From Spirochaetaceae bacterium (GTDB taxonomy: Bacteria > Spirochaetota > Spirochaetia > DSM-2461), in NCBI GenBank assembly GCA_051531975.1, contig JAOPTT010000016.1, forward strand, positions 128,221 to 192,220: DNA of 64,000 bases, read 5' to 3'. Below are positions 50,286 through 61,746 of this stretch, in pieces (the stretch's first letter is position 1; the number at the start of each line of letters is the position of its first letter). A program made the translations under genes and the position numbers. Under the pieces are notes generated by a model that was not told where the DNA came from, searched no databases, and saw only the letters and a program-made list of their open reading frames with translations.

Positions 50286-51334
50286 TGGAGTTTAAATTGA
50301 AAAAAATTATATTATTAATATTATTAGTCATTACTATCTCTATTACATCTGGGATTAATTTTGGTGACCCTATAATCGCAAATGTTAAATTAACAGATAC
50401 ACATCTAATTAAATTAAAATACACAGAAGAAAGAATTAAAGCAGCAGAACAACAGGTTGGACATGAATTTTCTTCGGAAGAAAAAGATTTCATATTAGAT
50501 TCAATAATAAATAATGTATTAATTAAACAAGCTGCAAAACGTGATGGGGTTGTAATCACTGAAGATATGATATTAAAGCAACTTAGAATGCAAGTTGGGC
50601 CTAACGTTTCAGATCAAAAAATAAAAGATACAGTTGCTACTCAAAATAAAAAATCGTGGAAAGTTGTTTCATTAGCTTTAATTGAACAACTTACTTTACA
50701 AGAATATATTAAAAAAGCTGGGGCTGAGGACTTTAAAAAGTTTGCACCACTAGCAACAGAAAAAGAGATATTAACTTTTTATAATAACAATAAAACTAAA
50801 TTTGTAAACTCAGATATGGTTAGACTAAATCATATCTTTTTCTCAACCCAAGGCAAAAATCAAACAGAAGTTAATCTAGCTAAGAAAAAAGCTGAAGAGT
50901 CTATGTTACTTATTAAACAAGGGAAAAAAACATTTGAAGAACTTGTACAAAGTGAAAGTGATGATCGAACATCTGCACTTAATGGTGGAGATCTAGGTTA
51001 TGTTGCAATGGACGAAAAAAGAACAGTTCAATTATTAGGTAACGATTTTATATCAAAAGTTTTTAGTTTAGATATGAATAGTTATCACGGAGTTTTAGAG
51101 TCAAAATCTGGGTTTCATATTGTTACAATTACAGAAAAAAGGTCAGCACGGTTTTTAAAGATAAACGACAATATTAATCCAACTTCAAATGGAACTGTTA
51201 GGCAGTACATACAACAAAATATTCAACAACAAAGAGTAAATGCGGCTTTACCTAAAGTAACAGAGATAATTGTTAATAAATTAAGAAGTGAAGCACGAAT
51301 ACAAATCATTGATAAAAGTATTCCATGGAAATAA
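50285..51334 (+). CDS. SurA/PrsA-like parvulin peptidyl-prolyl isomerase
   Basis: Signal peptide; VRLNHIFF, FEELVQSESDD, NGGDLG, ESKSGFHIV. Confidence 0.88.
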   Translation: MEFKLKKIILLILLVITISITSGINFGDPIIANVKLTDTHLIKLKYTEERIKAAEQQVGHEFSSEEKDFILDSIINNVLIKQAAKRDGVVITEDMILKQLRMQVGPNVSDQKIKDTVATQNKKSWKVVSLALIEQLTLQEYIKKAGAEDFKKFAPLATEKEILTFYNNNKTKFVNSDMVRLNHIFFSTQGKNQTEVNLAKKKAEESMLLIKQGKKTFEELVQSESDDRTSALNGGDLGYVAMDEKRTVQLLGNDFISKVFSLDMNSYHGVLESKSGFHIVTITEKRSARFLKINDNINPTSNGTVRQYIQQNIQQQRVNAALPKVTEIIVNKLRSEARIQIIDKSIPWK

Positions 51335-51337
51335 GAT

Positions 51338-51757
51338 ATGGAGCGTCGTCATAAGGCAAGAGAACTTGCCTTTAAAGCGTTGTATAGTTGGGAATTAAAT
51401 AAATCAACAACTTTTACCGATATTACTACTATAGAAAGTGATCTATTATTAAAAGATATAGATTCACCTTTTGGAAATGAACTTTTCTGTGGTGTTTTAG
51501 ACCATATTAAAGAGATAGATTATATACTTAATAATAATTTAGAACATTGGCAAATTGAACGATTAGCTAAAGTTGATTTTTCTATTTTAAGATTAAGTAT
51601 ATATTCTTTATATTTTCAGAAAGAGATATCTAGGGTTATCACTATTAATGAGGCTATAGATCTTTCAAAAGAGTTTGGTTCAGATAAGTCATATAAATTT
51701 ATTAATGGAATTCTGGATGCAATAGATACTGATATAGGAGTACCACCATTAAGATAA
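51338..51757 (+). CDS. nusB: Transcription antitermination factor NusB
   Basis: RRHKARELA, INEAIDLSKEFG, KFINGILD. Confidence 0.95.
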   Translation: MERRHKARELAFKALYSWELNKSTTFTDITTIESDLLLKDIDSPFGNELFCGVLDHIKEIDYILNNNLEHWQIERLAKVDFSILRLSIYSLYFQKEISRVITINEAIDLSKEFGSDKSYKFINGILDAIDTDIGVPPLR

Positions 51758-53511
51758 GAAAAAATTTATTAATTACTGCAATTATCTTATTCATCTTAGC
51801 CATATGTATTGGAGGACTGTTATTATTTTTATCAGTTAAAGATAATAATGACCTTGATAAGCAGATTTTAGTTGTTGATGAATTAATTATAGAATCAGAT
51901 TATGTAAAAGCTTCAAAATTAGTTTCCAAGTTAACTGATAAAATACCAGATAGATATAGTTGTTATAGATTGATTAAAAGAAGTTTGACAATTTCAGAAG
52001 CTTTATCTGATTATTCTTTATATCTAGAGGTAAGTGAAATTTCTGTGGATATGTATCCAGGAAATGAAGACCTTCAAGCATTTTATGTTATGGCACTATT
52101 AAAAAATGGTAATTATACACAAGCATTTTCTATTGCTGATCAACATTTAATGTCAAATGAGTTTAAACCTTTATTAGCTCAAACTATCTTATTTAATGAT
52201 AATGAAAATCCGGATACTTTAGGTATTGTAGAATATGTTAATAGTCGAAAAGATCCATCTTTTTTTGAGTATTTAGCAAATTTGTTAGGAGAACGCTCCT
52301 TATTAATTGATTCAGCACTGTTGTGGGCTAAAGATGGAGAAGTTGAAAAAGCTTATACACTTATAAAAGATTTACAAGATGAAAATTTACAGGAATTAAT
52401 AGCACTACTTGCATATGATTCTGGAAGAGTAAGCGAAGCATTATTAAGATTAATTGAATTACCATCAAGTGATTCAATTAAATATTATAACATATTATTG
52501 ATTGCAGATCTTTTTTACTTGAAAGAAAACTGGGCTAGAAGTAGATTTTATTATGAAAAAGCAATTGAATTAGAAACTATAAATTCAGCACCTTATATAA
52601 ATATAAGCTCAATTTATCACAAATCTGGAAATATTAAAAAATCAATAAGTTTTATAGAAGACGGTATAGATCAATATAAAAATTATGTTTCAATTTTATT
52701 TGATGAAATAGATTTAATACAATCAGAATTATCAAGTTCAAATAGTGAAATAGATCCAGAATTAAATAAAAGACTATTAACTAAAAAACAAGATGAACTT
52801 TCAAAATTAAGAATCGAGTATAGAGAATTAGTTTTATTATCTAGTAGTATATATAAACTTATTAAATCAGATAATAGACTAAGAGTAATTGATGATTATA
52901 GACAAATATTTAAAGATGACGTTAAAATTGAACTAGTTCAAATGAAAGAACGAAATAATATATTACTCCCTGAACTTTTTGTAGCTAATTTATGGAAATT
53001 ATTAAATAAAGACAAAGATAATAGAGAAGTTTCTGAATATTTAATATGGTATCTATTAGGAATTGAAAATTATAATGATATTGAATTAGTAATGAAAAGA
53101 AGTGAAAATAGATATCCTAATAGTAATTGGACTATTTATTACCGAGGTATATTAAGTGGTTTAAAAGGGGATTACGAAGACTCTTTGACCTTTTTTAATG
53201 CTGATGGCTTAAATATACCATCCTGGGAACTTGTATATAATAAAGGTGTTATACAAATGGCAATGAAGAACTATTCAGAAGCGTTAACTCTTTTTAATAA
53301 AAGTATAATTTTAATAAATCAAGAAAACTATATAAATAATATAAATATACATCTTTCTCAAATTAAAACTAAGATTGCCCAAGTTTTAATTTTCTTAAAT
53401 GATATAGATGAAGCTATTAGAGTTCTAAATAGCGCTTATGAATTAGATCCTGATAATTATAGTAGCGACCTTCTAAAATCTATACATTTAAATCTTAAGG
53501 ATAACCGATGA
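51748..53511 (+). CDS. Membrane-anchored TPR protein
   Basis: Frame is open from 51733; ATT at 51748 lies 7 nt after AGGAG and adds an N-terminal TM anchor; TPR motifs downstream. Confidence 0.7.
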   Translation: MKIRKNLLITAIILFILAICIGGLLLFLSVKDNNDLDKQILVVDELIIESDYVKASKLVSKLTDKIPDRYSCYRLIKRSLTISEALSDYSLYLEVSEISVDMYPGNEDLQAFYVMALLKNGNYTQAFSIADQHLMSNEFKPLLAQTILFNDNENPDTLGIVEYVNSRKDPSFFEYLANLLGERSLLIDSALLWAKDGEVEKAYTLIKDLQDENLQELIALLAYDSGRVSEALLRLIELPSSDSIKYYNILLIADLFYLKENWARSRFYYEKAIELETINSAPYINISSIYHKSGNIKKSISFIEDGIDQYKNYVSILFDEIDLIQSELSSSNSEIDPELNKRLLTKKQDELSKLRIEYRELVLLSSSIYKLIKSDNRLRVIDDYRQIFKDDVKIELVQMKERNNILLPELFVANLWKLLNKDKDNREVSEYLIWYLLGIENYNDIELVMKRSENRYPNSNWTIYYRGILSGLKGDYEDSLTFFNADGLNIPSWELVYNKGVIQMAMKNYSEALTLFNKSIILINQENYINNINIHLSQIKTKIAQVLIFLNDIDEAIRVLNSAYELDPDNYSSDLLKSIHLNLKDNR

Positions 53512-54260
53512 TTCGATTAAAAAATAAAAATCAAATTGAACTCATTCGTAAATCAGGGCATCTTCTTTTTCGAACTTTTGAACATTTAAAAGATCATATA
53601 AGTCCAGGAATTTCAACTTTTGATATCGATAGAATTGCAGAAGAGTTTATTCTTAGAAATGGTGGTCGTCCTGCATTTAAAGGTTATGCAGGTTTTCCTA
53701 ATAGTGTATGTACATCTAAAAATAGTCATGTAATACATGGTATTCCTGGTAAAAAAGATTTTCTTAAAAATGGTGACATTATTGGTTTAGATATTGGAAT
53801 AGATCTTGATGGTTATATCAGCGATTCTGCATATACCTACCCAGTTGGTAAAGTATCAAACAGTAATCTAAAACTATTAGAAATTACTGAGAATTCTTTG
53901 TATAAAGGAATAGAAGCTTGTATCGTTGGTAATAGAATAAAAGATATTGGCAAAGCAATAACCGACTATGTTAGTAGGTTTAATTATGGTATAGTTCATC
54001 AATATTGTGGACATGGTGTAGGGTTGGAGGTTCATGAAGAACCCCAGATCTTTAATAATTATCCTACTGAAGGAAAAAATCCTAGAATTAAATCTGGTAT
54101 GGTTTTAGCAATTGAACCTATGATTAATTTAGGTCTGGCTGATGTTAAAGTTTTATCAGATGATTGGACTGTTGCAACAACAGATGGATTAAATTCTGCT
54201 CATTTTGAACATACAGTTGCAGTTTATAAAGATAGAACAGAGGTATTAACAAAGATATGA
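53508..54260 (+). CDS. map: Methionine aminopeptidase type I
   Basis: HGIPG, DIG..DS, GHGVG..HEEP, AIEPM, SAHFEHT. Confidence 0.97.
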   Translation: MIRLKNKNQIELIRKSGHLLFRTFEHLKDHISPGISTFDIDRIAEEFILRNGGRPAFKGYAGFPNSVCTSKNSHVIHGIPGKKDFLKNGDIIGLDIGIDLDGYISDSAYTYPVGKVSNSNLKLLEITENSLYKGIEACIVGNRIKDIGKAITDYVSRFNYGIVHQYCGHGVGLEVHEEPQIFNNYPTEGKNPRIKSGMVLAIEPMINLGLADVKVLSDDWTVATTDGLNSAHFEHTVAVYKDRTEVLTKI

Positions 54261-55552
54261 AACAAATTAAACAATTAGTTATAACATTATTAATATTTGC
54301 ACAGTTTACGTCATGTCTATCTCTTGGTGGATATCTAGAATCTAGATATGTAAAAATTGCAGACAATGTTTTACCTTCAGTTGTAGAAATAATTGCTATA
54401 GGTTTAGATGGTGATGTTGAACAAAAATGGTTAGATTTCTTTCAAGATCAAGAAGACTTTAAAAATGAAGATAGGAATACTGGTGTTGGATCAGGTGTAA
54501 TTGTTGAATCATTAGATAATGATTATTACATTATTACAAATAATCATGTTGTAGGTAATTTAACTGAAGTTTCTGTATTGTTATATAATGATAAAATAGT
54601 TGAAGGGACAGTTCTTGGAGTTGATAACAGATTTGATATCGCTGTAATTAAAATAACTTCAACAGAAAAACTTGAAATTGCAAATCTGGACTTAAGTGGT
54701 AATATTAAAGTAGGTCAATTTGTTGCAGCTCTTGGTAATCCAATGAGTTATGTTCAAACAATTTCAATGGGTATTATTAGTAATATAGGTCGTTTTGGAG
54801 GACCAAAGGAAAATCTAAGCAATTATATCCAGACAGATGCTGCGATTAATCATGGTAATTCAGGTGGACCTTTAGTTAATATGAAACAAGAAGTTATTGG
54901 TATTAATACATGGATTTCATCTCCATCAAGTGGTAATGTAGGATTGGGTTTTGCTATGCCAATAGAAAATATCTATCCCTCATTTAGAAGTATTGTTGAT
55001 TATGGGAAAGTATCAGTAGGCTGGGCTGGAATAAGCTCCTATGGTTTACCTAATAGTGATTTCTATTTAGATAAATCAGGTGCATTTATAAATCAAGTAG
55101 TACTTCATTCTCCTGCATACCTTTTAGGTTTAAAAGCTGGGGATATAATAACTAAAATCAATAATAATTATATCAGTTCTTCAGATGAACTTTTTTTAAA
55201 TATATCACTTTTAAAACCAACAGAAATAGCAAACTTAGTTATTCTCCGAGGAGACAATGAAATTAGTCTTTCATTAGTTTTAGGTGAATCAGAAGATAAT
55301 GTTTTAGAAGTATCAAAAAATATTTTCCCAGGGTTTGTATTAGGTTCTTCAGAAGACATCGTCTCAATAATACAGATTCTACCTAAGTCTGTGGGTTTAG
55401 CTTCTGGATTTTTGAAGGGTGATACTATCAACAGTTTAAATGGTAAAAAAATAAAGAATATAGAAGATTTTTATATGCTTTTAAATAAAGGTAAAAATAT
55501 GTTAATTATAAGTAGAGAAGATAACGAGCTTGAATTAGAATTAATTTATTAA
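54257..55552 (+). CDS. htrA: HtrA/DegP serine protease with PDZ domains (lipoprotein)
   Basis: TNNHVV, DIAV, DAAINHGNSGG; two PDZ-like domains; lipobox FTSC. Confidence 0.92.
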   Translation: MKQIKQLVITLLIFAQFTSCLSLGGYLESRYVKIADNVLPSVVEIIAIGLDGDVEQKWLDFFQDQEDFKNEDRNTGVGSGVIVESLDNDYYIITNNHVVGNLTEVSVLLYNDKIVEGTVLGVDNRFDIAVIKITSTEKLEIANLDLSGNIKVGQFVAALGNPMSYVQTISMGIISNIGRFGGPKENLSNYIQTDAAINHGNSGGPLVNMKQEVIGINTWISSPSSGNVGLGFAMPIENIYPSFRSIVDYGKVSVGWAGISSYGLPNSDFYLDKSGAFINQVVLHSPAYLLGLKAGDIITKINNNYISSSDELFLNISLLKPTEIANLVILRGDNEISLSLVLGESEDNVLEVSKNIFPGFVLGSSEDIVSIIQILPKSVGLASGFLKGDTINSLNGKKIKNIEDFYMLLNKGKNMLIISREDNELELELIY

Positions 55553-55561
55553 GAGGTTAAA

Positions 55562-56158
55562 ATGAAAAAAGATTTTGTTCAATTTGATGAAATGAGGAAT
55601 AATATCCTAAAATTAGTACATCAGATTCATAAAGAAGGATTTAATCCTGATGTCATCTATTTGTCACTTCGTGGAGGTGCATATATGGGTAACATTATGA
55701 GTGAATACTTTAAAATAGTAAGAAAGGATGAGAGACCAGTTCTTTTTGCAGCAGTTGTTGCAAGATCATATACAGGAGTACGGGAACAGAGTAAAGTCCT
55801 TATCGATGGTTGGACTTATGCACCTGAGCATTTACGAACTGGTGATAAGATTCTGTTTGTAGATGATATTTTTGATACAGGTAGAACTTTAAATCATTTA
55901 GTTGAAGTCATTCTTGATAAAGGAATTCCTAGAGAAGATATAAAAGTCGCTGTATATGACTATAAGGTCTTTCCAGATAAAGAACCTTTACCTATTCAAC
56001 CTGACTATTATTGTAATAAACATATAGTTACAGCAAATAGTGATAATCCATGGATACATTATATGTCCCATGAGTTAGTTGGACTTACTCGGGAAGAGTT
56101 TGAAGAAAATTATGTAAAACATGATAAATCTTTAGAAGATATGAAAAATATATTTTAA
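55562..56158 (+). CDS. Type I phosphoribosyltransferase
   Basis: LRGG; PRPP loop ILFVDDIFDTGRT. Confidence 0.9.
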   Translation: MKKDFVQFDEMRNNILKLVHQIHKEGFNPDVIYLSLRGGAYMGNIMSEYFKIVRKDERPVLFAAVVARSYTGVREQSKVLIDGWTYAPEHLRTGDKILFVDDIFDTGRTLNHLVEVILDKGIPREDIKVAVYDYKVFPDKEPLPIQPDYYCNKHIVTANSDNPWIHYMSHELVGLTREEFEENYVKHDKSLEDMKNIF

Positions 56159-56159
56159 T

Positions 56160-56194
56160 AAAAAAAGCATTATGTAATCATAATGCTTTTTTTT
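56160..56194. terminator. Bidirectional intrinsic terminator between the PRT gene and thiC
   Basis: AAAAAAGCATTATG-TAAT-CATAATGCTTTTTT. Confidence 0.85.
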
Positions 56195-56195
56195 A

Positions 56196-57497
56196 TCAGG
56201 AAATATCTACAGTTTCCCCTTTTAGTATATCATTCATATTTTTAACTGCGCACATTTCCCCACACATTGTACATGTATCATCTTTTTGTGGTGTACTACT
56301 TTTTCTATATTCTTTTGCCTTTTGTGGATCTATGGCTAATTCTATCATTTTATCCCAATTTAACTCAGACCTTGCTTTACTCATAGTGTAATCTTTTTCA
56401 ATTGCACCTTTAAATCCTCTTGCAACATCTCCTGCATGGGCAGCTATTTTGGTTGCCATAATACCTTCAATCATGTCCTTTTCAGTTGGTAATCTAAGAT
56501 GTTCTGCTGGTGTAACATAACATAAAAAATCTGCACCAGTAGAGGCTGCAATTGTTCCACCTATAGCACTTGTAATGTGATCATAGCCAGGTGCAATATC
56601 TGTCACTAAAGGTCCCAGTACATAAAATGGAGCATTATGAATTAACTTTTTTGCTAATATCATATTTGTTTCAATTTCATTTAAAGGTACATGGCCAGGA
56701 CCTTCAACCATAACTTGAACATCATTTTCCCAAGCACGTTTTGTTAACTCTCCAAGTGTTATTAGTTCTTCTATTTGGGATGCATCAGTTGCGTCATGTA
56801 TTGATCCCGGTCTACAACCATCACCTAAACTTAAAGTTACATCATACTCCCTTAATATGTCCATAAACTCATCAAAAAACTCATAAAAAGGATTTTCATT
56901 ACCTGTCATCTCCATCCATGCAAACAATAATGAACCTCCTCTAGATACAATATTTGTAAGTCTTGGATTTTTTTTAACTCGCTGGGCTGTTTTTTTATTT
57001 AGACCTGCATGAATTGTCATAAAATCGATACCATCCTCAGCATGATCAACAACACATTTTATGAAATCTTCCTTTTTAAGATCTATTAAAGCTTTTCCAC
57101 TATTTCCAATCATGTCGTACATAGGAACTGTTCCAAGCATACAAGGGGATATCTCTACTAAGTTTTTTCTAAAATTTCTAGTATCTCCCCAACAACTCAG
57201 ATCCATAATAGCATCAACATCTAATTCTATAGCTTTCATTGCCTTTTGTAGCTCCCTTTCTTCTTCAGGGCAATCTTTAGATATACCTAAGTTTACGTTT
57301 ATTTTAGTAGAAGATATTTCACCAACAGCTTTTGGTTGAATATTTTTATGGTTAATATTACATGGAATAATAAGTGATCCTTTTGCCATCTCTTGTACTA
57401 TTAAGTCTATTGATAAATTCTCATTTTGAGCAACATAAAGCATCTCTTTTGTGATAATTCCTTTTTTTGCAGCTTGCATTTGTGTTTTATATTTCAT
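56196..57497 (-). CDS. thiC: Phosphomethylpyrimidine synthase
   Basis: [39 protein letters not shown]. Confidence 0.98.
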   Translation of the reverse strand: MKYKTQMQAAKKGIITKEMLYVAQNENLSIDLIVQEMAKGSLIIPCNINHKNIQPKAVGEISSTKINVNLGISKDCPEEERELQKAMKAIELDVDAIMDLSCWGDTRNFRKNLVEISPCMLGTVPMYDMIGNSGKALIDLKKEDFIKCVVDHAEDGIDFMTIHAGLNKKTAQRVKKNPRLTNIVSRGGSLLFAWMEMTGNENPFYEFFDEFMDILREYDVTLSLGDGCRPGSIHDATDASQIEELITLGELTKRAWENDVQVMVEGPGHVPLNEIETNMILAKKLIHNAPFYVLGPLVTDIAPGYDHITSAIGGTIAASTGADFLCYVTPAEHLRLPTEKDMIEGIMATKIAAHAGDVARGFKGAIEKDYTMSKARSELNWDKMIELAIDPQKAKEYRKSSTPQKDDTCTMCGEMCAVKNMNDILKGETVDIS

Positions 57498-58527
57498 TAG
57501 TATACTCCTTAAGTATGTTATTTAACTTTTGAACTTTATTAGGGATATTTTTATTCCCAGTTATTTCAGATACTAAAGCAATGGATTTAGCACCACGATT
57601 TAATATTTCTTTGATATTAGATTCTTTAATACCACCAATTACGACATAGGGAATATCTATGTTTTTCTCTACCCATTCAAGATAAGAGTAACCTACAGGA
57701 TCACATACATTTTCTTTTGTTTGTGTAGAGAATATAGGACCAACACCAATGTAATCGACTCCATCTTTTACTGCTTTTATAGCTTGTTCCTGTGAATGAG
57801 TAGATAGTCCAATAATTTTATTAATTCCTATTAAATTTCTAACTACATTTATTGGTAAATCATCCTGTCCTAAATGCACACCATCTGCATCAACTAATTT
57901 TGCAATATCAATATGATCGTTGACAATAAAACAGACACCAGCTTTTCGAGTCATTTGCCGTATTTCAAGACACTCCTTGTATTTAACTAAAAAAGATAAT
58001 TTTTTTTCCCGATATTGAATAAGTTTAATTCCAGATTTAATAATCTCTCTAACGACTTCAATATTACTTCTTCCCTGGGAGACTTCGTGGTATGTAATGG
58101 CATATAATGGAGGTAGAGTAAAATGTGATCTAGATAGAAATGATATAGCTTTTTTTTCAAGATTATAAACTTGGTATCGAATTAATTCATATATTGAATA
58201 GTCTACGATATCGTAGATAGTTTTTGTAAGTTCTTCTAAAGTTCTTAGACCCTCTTGTATACGTTTAAAGTTTCCACATACAATTGATATTATAGATTTA
58301 TCACGATTTAGGTTTAATGATTTTGTAACTTTAGGTCCTAAATCAGAATTTACATCTCTGTGTTCTAATAAATTAGTATCATTACTTTTTAGGGAATCTC
58401 TTACTTTATGTCTTAACATTTTAAGATCTTTTGACAGATTAAAGTTATTATAGTTAAACCTAAAAATATCTTCTAAAACTCTAAACCCTTCACATACTCT
58501 ATTAATATTGCTATCAATTATTCTCAT
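57487..58527 (-). CDS. thiE: Thiamine-phosphate synthase with N-terminal ThiD2-like domain
   Basis: N-terminal [19 protein letters not shown] and [15 protein letters not shown]-terminal [27 protein letters not shown]. Confidence 0.92.
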   Translation of the reverse strand: MRIIDSNINRVCEGFRVLEDIFRFNYNNFNLSKDLKMLRHKVRDSLKSNDTNLLEHRDVNSDLGPKVTKSLNLNRDKSIISIVCGNFKRIQEGLRTLEELTKTIYDIVDYSIYELIRYQVYNLEKKAISFLSRSHFTLPPLYAITYHEVSQGRSNIEVVREIIKSGIKLIQYREKKLSFLVKYKECLEIRQMTRKAGVCFIVNDHIDIAKLVDADGVHLGQDDLPINVVRNLIGINKIIGLSTHSQEQAIKAVKDGVDYIGVGPIFSTQTKENVCDPVGYSYLEWVEKNIDIPYVVIGGIKESNIKEILNRGAKSIALVSEITGNKNIPNKVQKLNNILKEYTNEI

Positions 58528-59078
58528 TTAATCTCTCCTAATGCAAACTTTAAAACGATTGCAGCTTCCTTAGCAGCACTAATTGTTACACCAGGACTAC
58601 GTGGAGGAATACCATAATCTGTGTCTGACTTAAAATCTCCAACTATCCATAGATTTTTATTAAGCTGAATAGTTTTAATATCATCCACATTCCAGCTATT
58701 ACCTAATCCAGAAGCAGCTACACAAGGCTTAGTAGGGGAGAGATACTCTATTAAAATTTGTTTGTATTTACTCTTATCAAAACCTTCAATAACTATGTCA
58801 CAATCTTTAAATATATTAATAATATTATCTTTTGTAACTTTTATTTTAATTGTTTCTATTTCTAGATCCATGTATATCCTACATAAATTTTCTTTTAAAG
58901 CGTCACATTTTAAAAGACCAATTTGATTATAAAAATAGAACTGTCTATTTAGATTACTTAACTCTACAAAATCAAAGTCTACTAAAAGAAATCTTTTAAA
59001 CCCTAATCTTACTAAATTTTGAGCTGCATTAGATCCTAAGCCACCACAACCGGCTATACCAATCTGGATATCTTTCAT
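58524..59078 (-). CDS. thiF: Sulfur carrier protein ThiS adenylyltransferase
   Basis: IAGCGGLGS, DFDFVELSNLNRQ; ATG at 59078 overlaps the thiH stop. Confidence 0.92.
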   Translation of the reverse strand: MKDIQIGIAGCGGLGSNAAQNLVRLGFKRFLLVDFDFVELSNLNRQFYFYNQIGLLKCDALKENLCRIYMDLEIETIKIKVTKDNIINIFKDCDIVIEGFDKSKYKQILIEYLSPTKPCVAASGLGNSWNVDDIKTIQLNKNLWIVGDFKSDTDYGIPPRSPGVTISAAKEAAIVLKFALGEIK

Positions 59079-60178
59079 AAATATACCCAATTTTTATATA
59101 CTGGTTGGTATCCAAAACCTTTTAAGTCCTTATCTAGCTGGGAAACAGTCCTTAAGTCTGAAATTTCAAACTGTTTACTATTTTTATCTGAACTATGTCC
59201 ACCAACACTTGTTTTTGAAGAAGCCGACATCTTAGTTACCCCTAAATGAAGCAGATTATTTCTTAAATTTGAATCTTCTCTGGTAGATATAGATATTGAA
59301 CTTTTAGGCATAAATAATCTAAAAGCCATTATAAATTTAGCAAGTAGTTTATCGTTAACAGTTTCAGTTTTGTTAATTACTCCAAATGCATTTTTTATTC
59401 TTGGAAATGAAATTGCAACTTCACAACCATCGTAGTTTTGTTCAATAAATTTACAATGAAGAGCAGTTTTAATAAAATCATCTATAGGTTTGTCTAAACC
59501 CAATAACGCACCTAAATTTACACTTCTTATTCCAGCTTTTGCAGCTCTTTCAGGGGCACTAAGTCTAAAGTTATATGAACTTTTTTCTCCTGAAAGGTGA
59601 ACTTGTTCATATCGTTTTTTGTTGTATGTTTCTTGGTATATAGTTACATTTTCTACACCAATATTTATAAGTCTTTCATACTCATGTTCATTTAATGCAT
59701 ATATTTCTACTGAAATAGAGACAAACTTCGAAGATAATATTTTAATAGCATCTTCAATATATTCTAGAGGTGTATTAACTCTATCTCCACCTGTTAAAAT
59801 TAGGATATGTTTTATACCTAAGTTTAATATTAAGTTTGATTCAGCTATAATTTCATCAATATTTAATTTTGATCTTAAAATATCATTATCAATATTAAAG
59901 CCACAATATGTACACCTATTTTTACAATAATTTGAAAGATAAAGAGGAGTATATATTTGTACTGTTTTACCAAACTCATTTTGTGTCAAACGATTTGATT
60001 TAGTTGCAATTTCTTCTAAGAATTGATCAGCAGCAGGAGATATTAAAGCCAAAGTATCCAATATAGTTATTGATTCCTTCAGTAATATATTAGAAATATC
60101 TTTTGGGATTACACTTTCAGTATATTTTTTAAAATTAAAATTTTCCCATTTTATAAGTTCAGAATAGAATTTACTCAT
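59075..60178 (-). CDS. thiH: 2-iminoacetate synthase (radical SAM)
   Basis: [39 protein letters not shown]. Confidence 0.95.
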   Translation of the reverse strand: MSKFYSELIKWENFNFKKYTESVIPKDISNILLKESITILDTLALISPAADQFLEEIATKSNRLTQNEFGKTVQIYTPLYLSNYCKNRCTYCGFNIDNDILRSKLNIDEIIAESNLILNLGIKHILILTGGDRVNTPLEYIEDAIKILSSKFVSISVEIYALNEHEYERLINIGVENVTIYQETYNKKRYEQVHLSGEKSSYNFRLSAPERAAKAGIRSVNLGALLGLDKPIDDFIKTALHCKFIEQNYDGCEVAISFPRIKNAFGVINKTETVNDKLLAKFIMAFRLFMPKSSISISTREDSNLRNNLLHLGVTKMSASSKTSVGGHSSDKNSKQFEISDLRTVSQLDKDLKGFGYQPVYKNWVYL

Positions 60179-60941
60179 TTAAAAAACCTGTTAAAGGGCT
60201 AGATGCCTCTGCCTCTTCGTTTATTCTACCTAAACCAGCTAAATACGCTTTTCTTCCTGCTATAATAGAATGTTTAAAAGCCTCAGCCATCAAAATTGGA
60301 TTTGGACTAGAAGCAATTGCTGTATTAATTAGACATGCATCTGCCCCCATTTCCATAACTAATGCTGCATCAGAAGGTTTACCAATTCCTGCATCTACAA
60401 TTATTGGAATTTTTATTTGATCAATTAATATCTTTATCATCTCTTGGCATTTTATACCTCTATTACTTCCTATTGGACTTCCTAATGGCATTACAGCTGA
60501 AGCTCCAACATCTACTAAACTTCTTGCAATATACAAATCTCCATTTATATAAGGTAAAACAATAAATCCTTCTTTTGCCAAGACTTCTGTGGCTCTAATT
60601 GTTTCGTAACCATCTGGTAGTAGATACTTAGTATCTCTGATAATTTCCAGTTTTATCCAATTACCACAGCCAGATGCTTTGGAAATTCGTGCAATTTTTA
60701 TAGCTTCTTCTGCAGTTCTGGCACCAGATGTATTAGGAAGAAGTTTCATTGTAGAGGGAATATAGTCCATAAGACTTTTTTTGGGTGAATTTAAATCAAC
60801 TCTCCTAAGAGCTACAGTTATAATTTTAGATCCACTAATTTTAGAAATAGAAGGAATTATTGAGTCATCTGAATATTTACCACTACCAGTTAAGAGTCTA
60901 GATGAAAAACTTTCACCACCAATTATTAGATTATCATTCAC
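60171..60941 (-). CDS. thiG: Thiazole synthase
   Basis: [42 protein letters not shown] start at 60941. Confidence 0.97.
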   Translation of the reverse strand: MNDNLIIGGESFSSRLLTGSGKYSDDSIIPSISKISGSKIITVALRRVDLNSPKKSLMDYIPSTMKLLPNTSGARTAEEAIKIARISKASGCGNWIKLEIIRDTKYLLPDGYETIRATEVLAKEGFIVLPYINGDLYIARSLVDVGASAVMPLGSPIGSNRGIKCQEMIKILIDQIKIPIIVDAGIGKPSDAALVMEMGADACLINTAIASSPNPILMAEAFKHSIIAGRKAYLAGLGRINEEAEASSPLTGFLNE

Positions 60942-60942
60942 T

Positions 60943-61143
60943 TCAACCACCTCCAACGATGGCTAATATTTCAATTTTAGACTCGGGTTTGATAGAGTAA
61001 TTACTAAAATGTTCTTTTTTAATTATTTCATCATCGATTTGAATAATAATTTTATTAAGATCTAAACTGTTTTCCTTAATAAGATTACTTAGAAGAGTTT
61101 TATCATTTATGATTTTCTCTTTGCCGTTTAAAACTATTTTCAT
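60943..61143 (-). CDS. thiS: Sulfur carrier protein ThiS
   Basis: MKIVLNG...[10 protein letters not shown]-terminus; SD AGGAG. Confidence 0.95.
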   Translation of the reverse strand: MKIVLNGKEKIINDKTLLSNLIKENSLDLNKIIIQIDDEIIKKEHFSNYSIKPESKIEILAIVGGG

Positions 61144-61190
61144 ATTTTCTCCTATATTAGAGGAGACCAATTAAACCATAAAAAACCTAT

Positions 61191-61229
61191 AAAAAAAGGC
61201 TTTTGAATTAATAACAAATTCAAAAGCCG
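61191..61229 (-). terminator. Riboswitch-linked intrinsic terminator in the thi leader
   Basis: Minus strand GGCTTTTGAATT-loop-AATTCAAAAGCC-TTTTTTT. Confidence 0.85.
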
Positions 61230-61260
61230 TATATTTTAAGAATAAATAATTTCTTTATAT

Positions 61261-61340
61261 AGGCTTCCCTACGACAGTATTAACTGTATCAGGTTCAAAG
61301 GGTCAGATTTAACTTCTCAGCCTGTTGGCTCCCCTAGCAT
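61261..61340 (-). ncRNA. TPP riboswitch (THI box)
   Basis: Minus strand CTAGGGGAGCC...GGCTGAGA...GACCCTTTGAACCTGATACAGTTAATACTGTCGTAGGGAAG upstream of the thi operon. Confidence 0.96.
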
Positions 61341-61428
61341 TAAAAGCAGAATAAAGAGTTTTCATAATTATTACAATAGGTGTGCAAAAAAAAATATGAT
61401 ACATTAAAGAAACAAGAAGGGGAAAATA

Positions 61429-61698
61429 TTGGAAGAAGTCGACGGTATTTCAAGATTAACTGAAGTAATGCATTTAACAAGAACTGCAGATGGTAAGATA
61501 GATAAAGTATATGATGTAGACAATAAAGAGATTGATAAAACAATGTTATTTAAATCATTTATGATTAGAGTAGAAAAGAATGGTTTTTATTATAAAGATG
61601 AATTTATAGAGATGAATAACATACTAGAAATGATGAAGAAAAGATCATTAGGATATCAGAGAAGAAGAAAAGGTCATGATTTTAGTTCAATATGTTAA
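61429..61698 (+). CDS. Small hypothetical protein
   Basis: TTG start with SD AAGGGG; followed by a terminator. Confidence 0.6.
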   Translation: MEEVDGISRLTEVMHLTRTADGKIDKVYDVDNKEIDKTMLFKSFMIRVEKNGFYYKDEFIEMNNILEMMKKRSLGYQRRRKGHDFSSIC

Positions 61699-61709
61699 AT
61701 AATTTAGAC

Positions 61710-61737
61710 AAAAAAAAATCCCTGAAAAGGGATTTTT
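61710..61737. terminator. Bidirectional intrinsic terminator
   Basis: AAAAATCCCT-GAAA-AGGGATTTTT between convergent genes. Confidence 0.8.
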
Positions 61738-61746
61738 ATATTTTAT

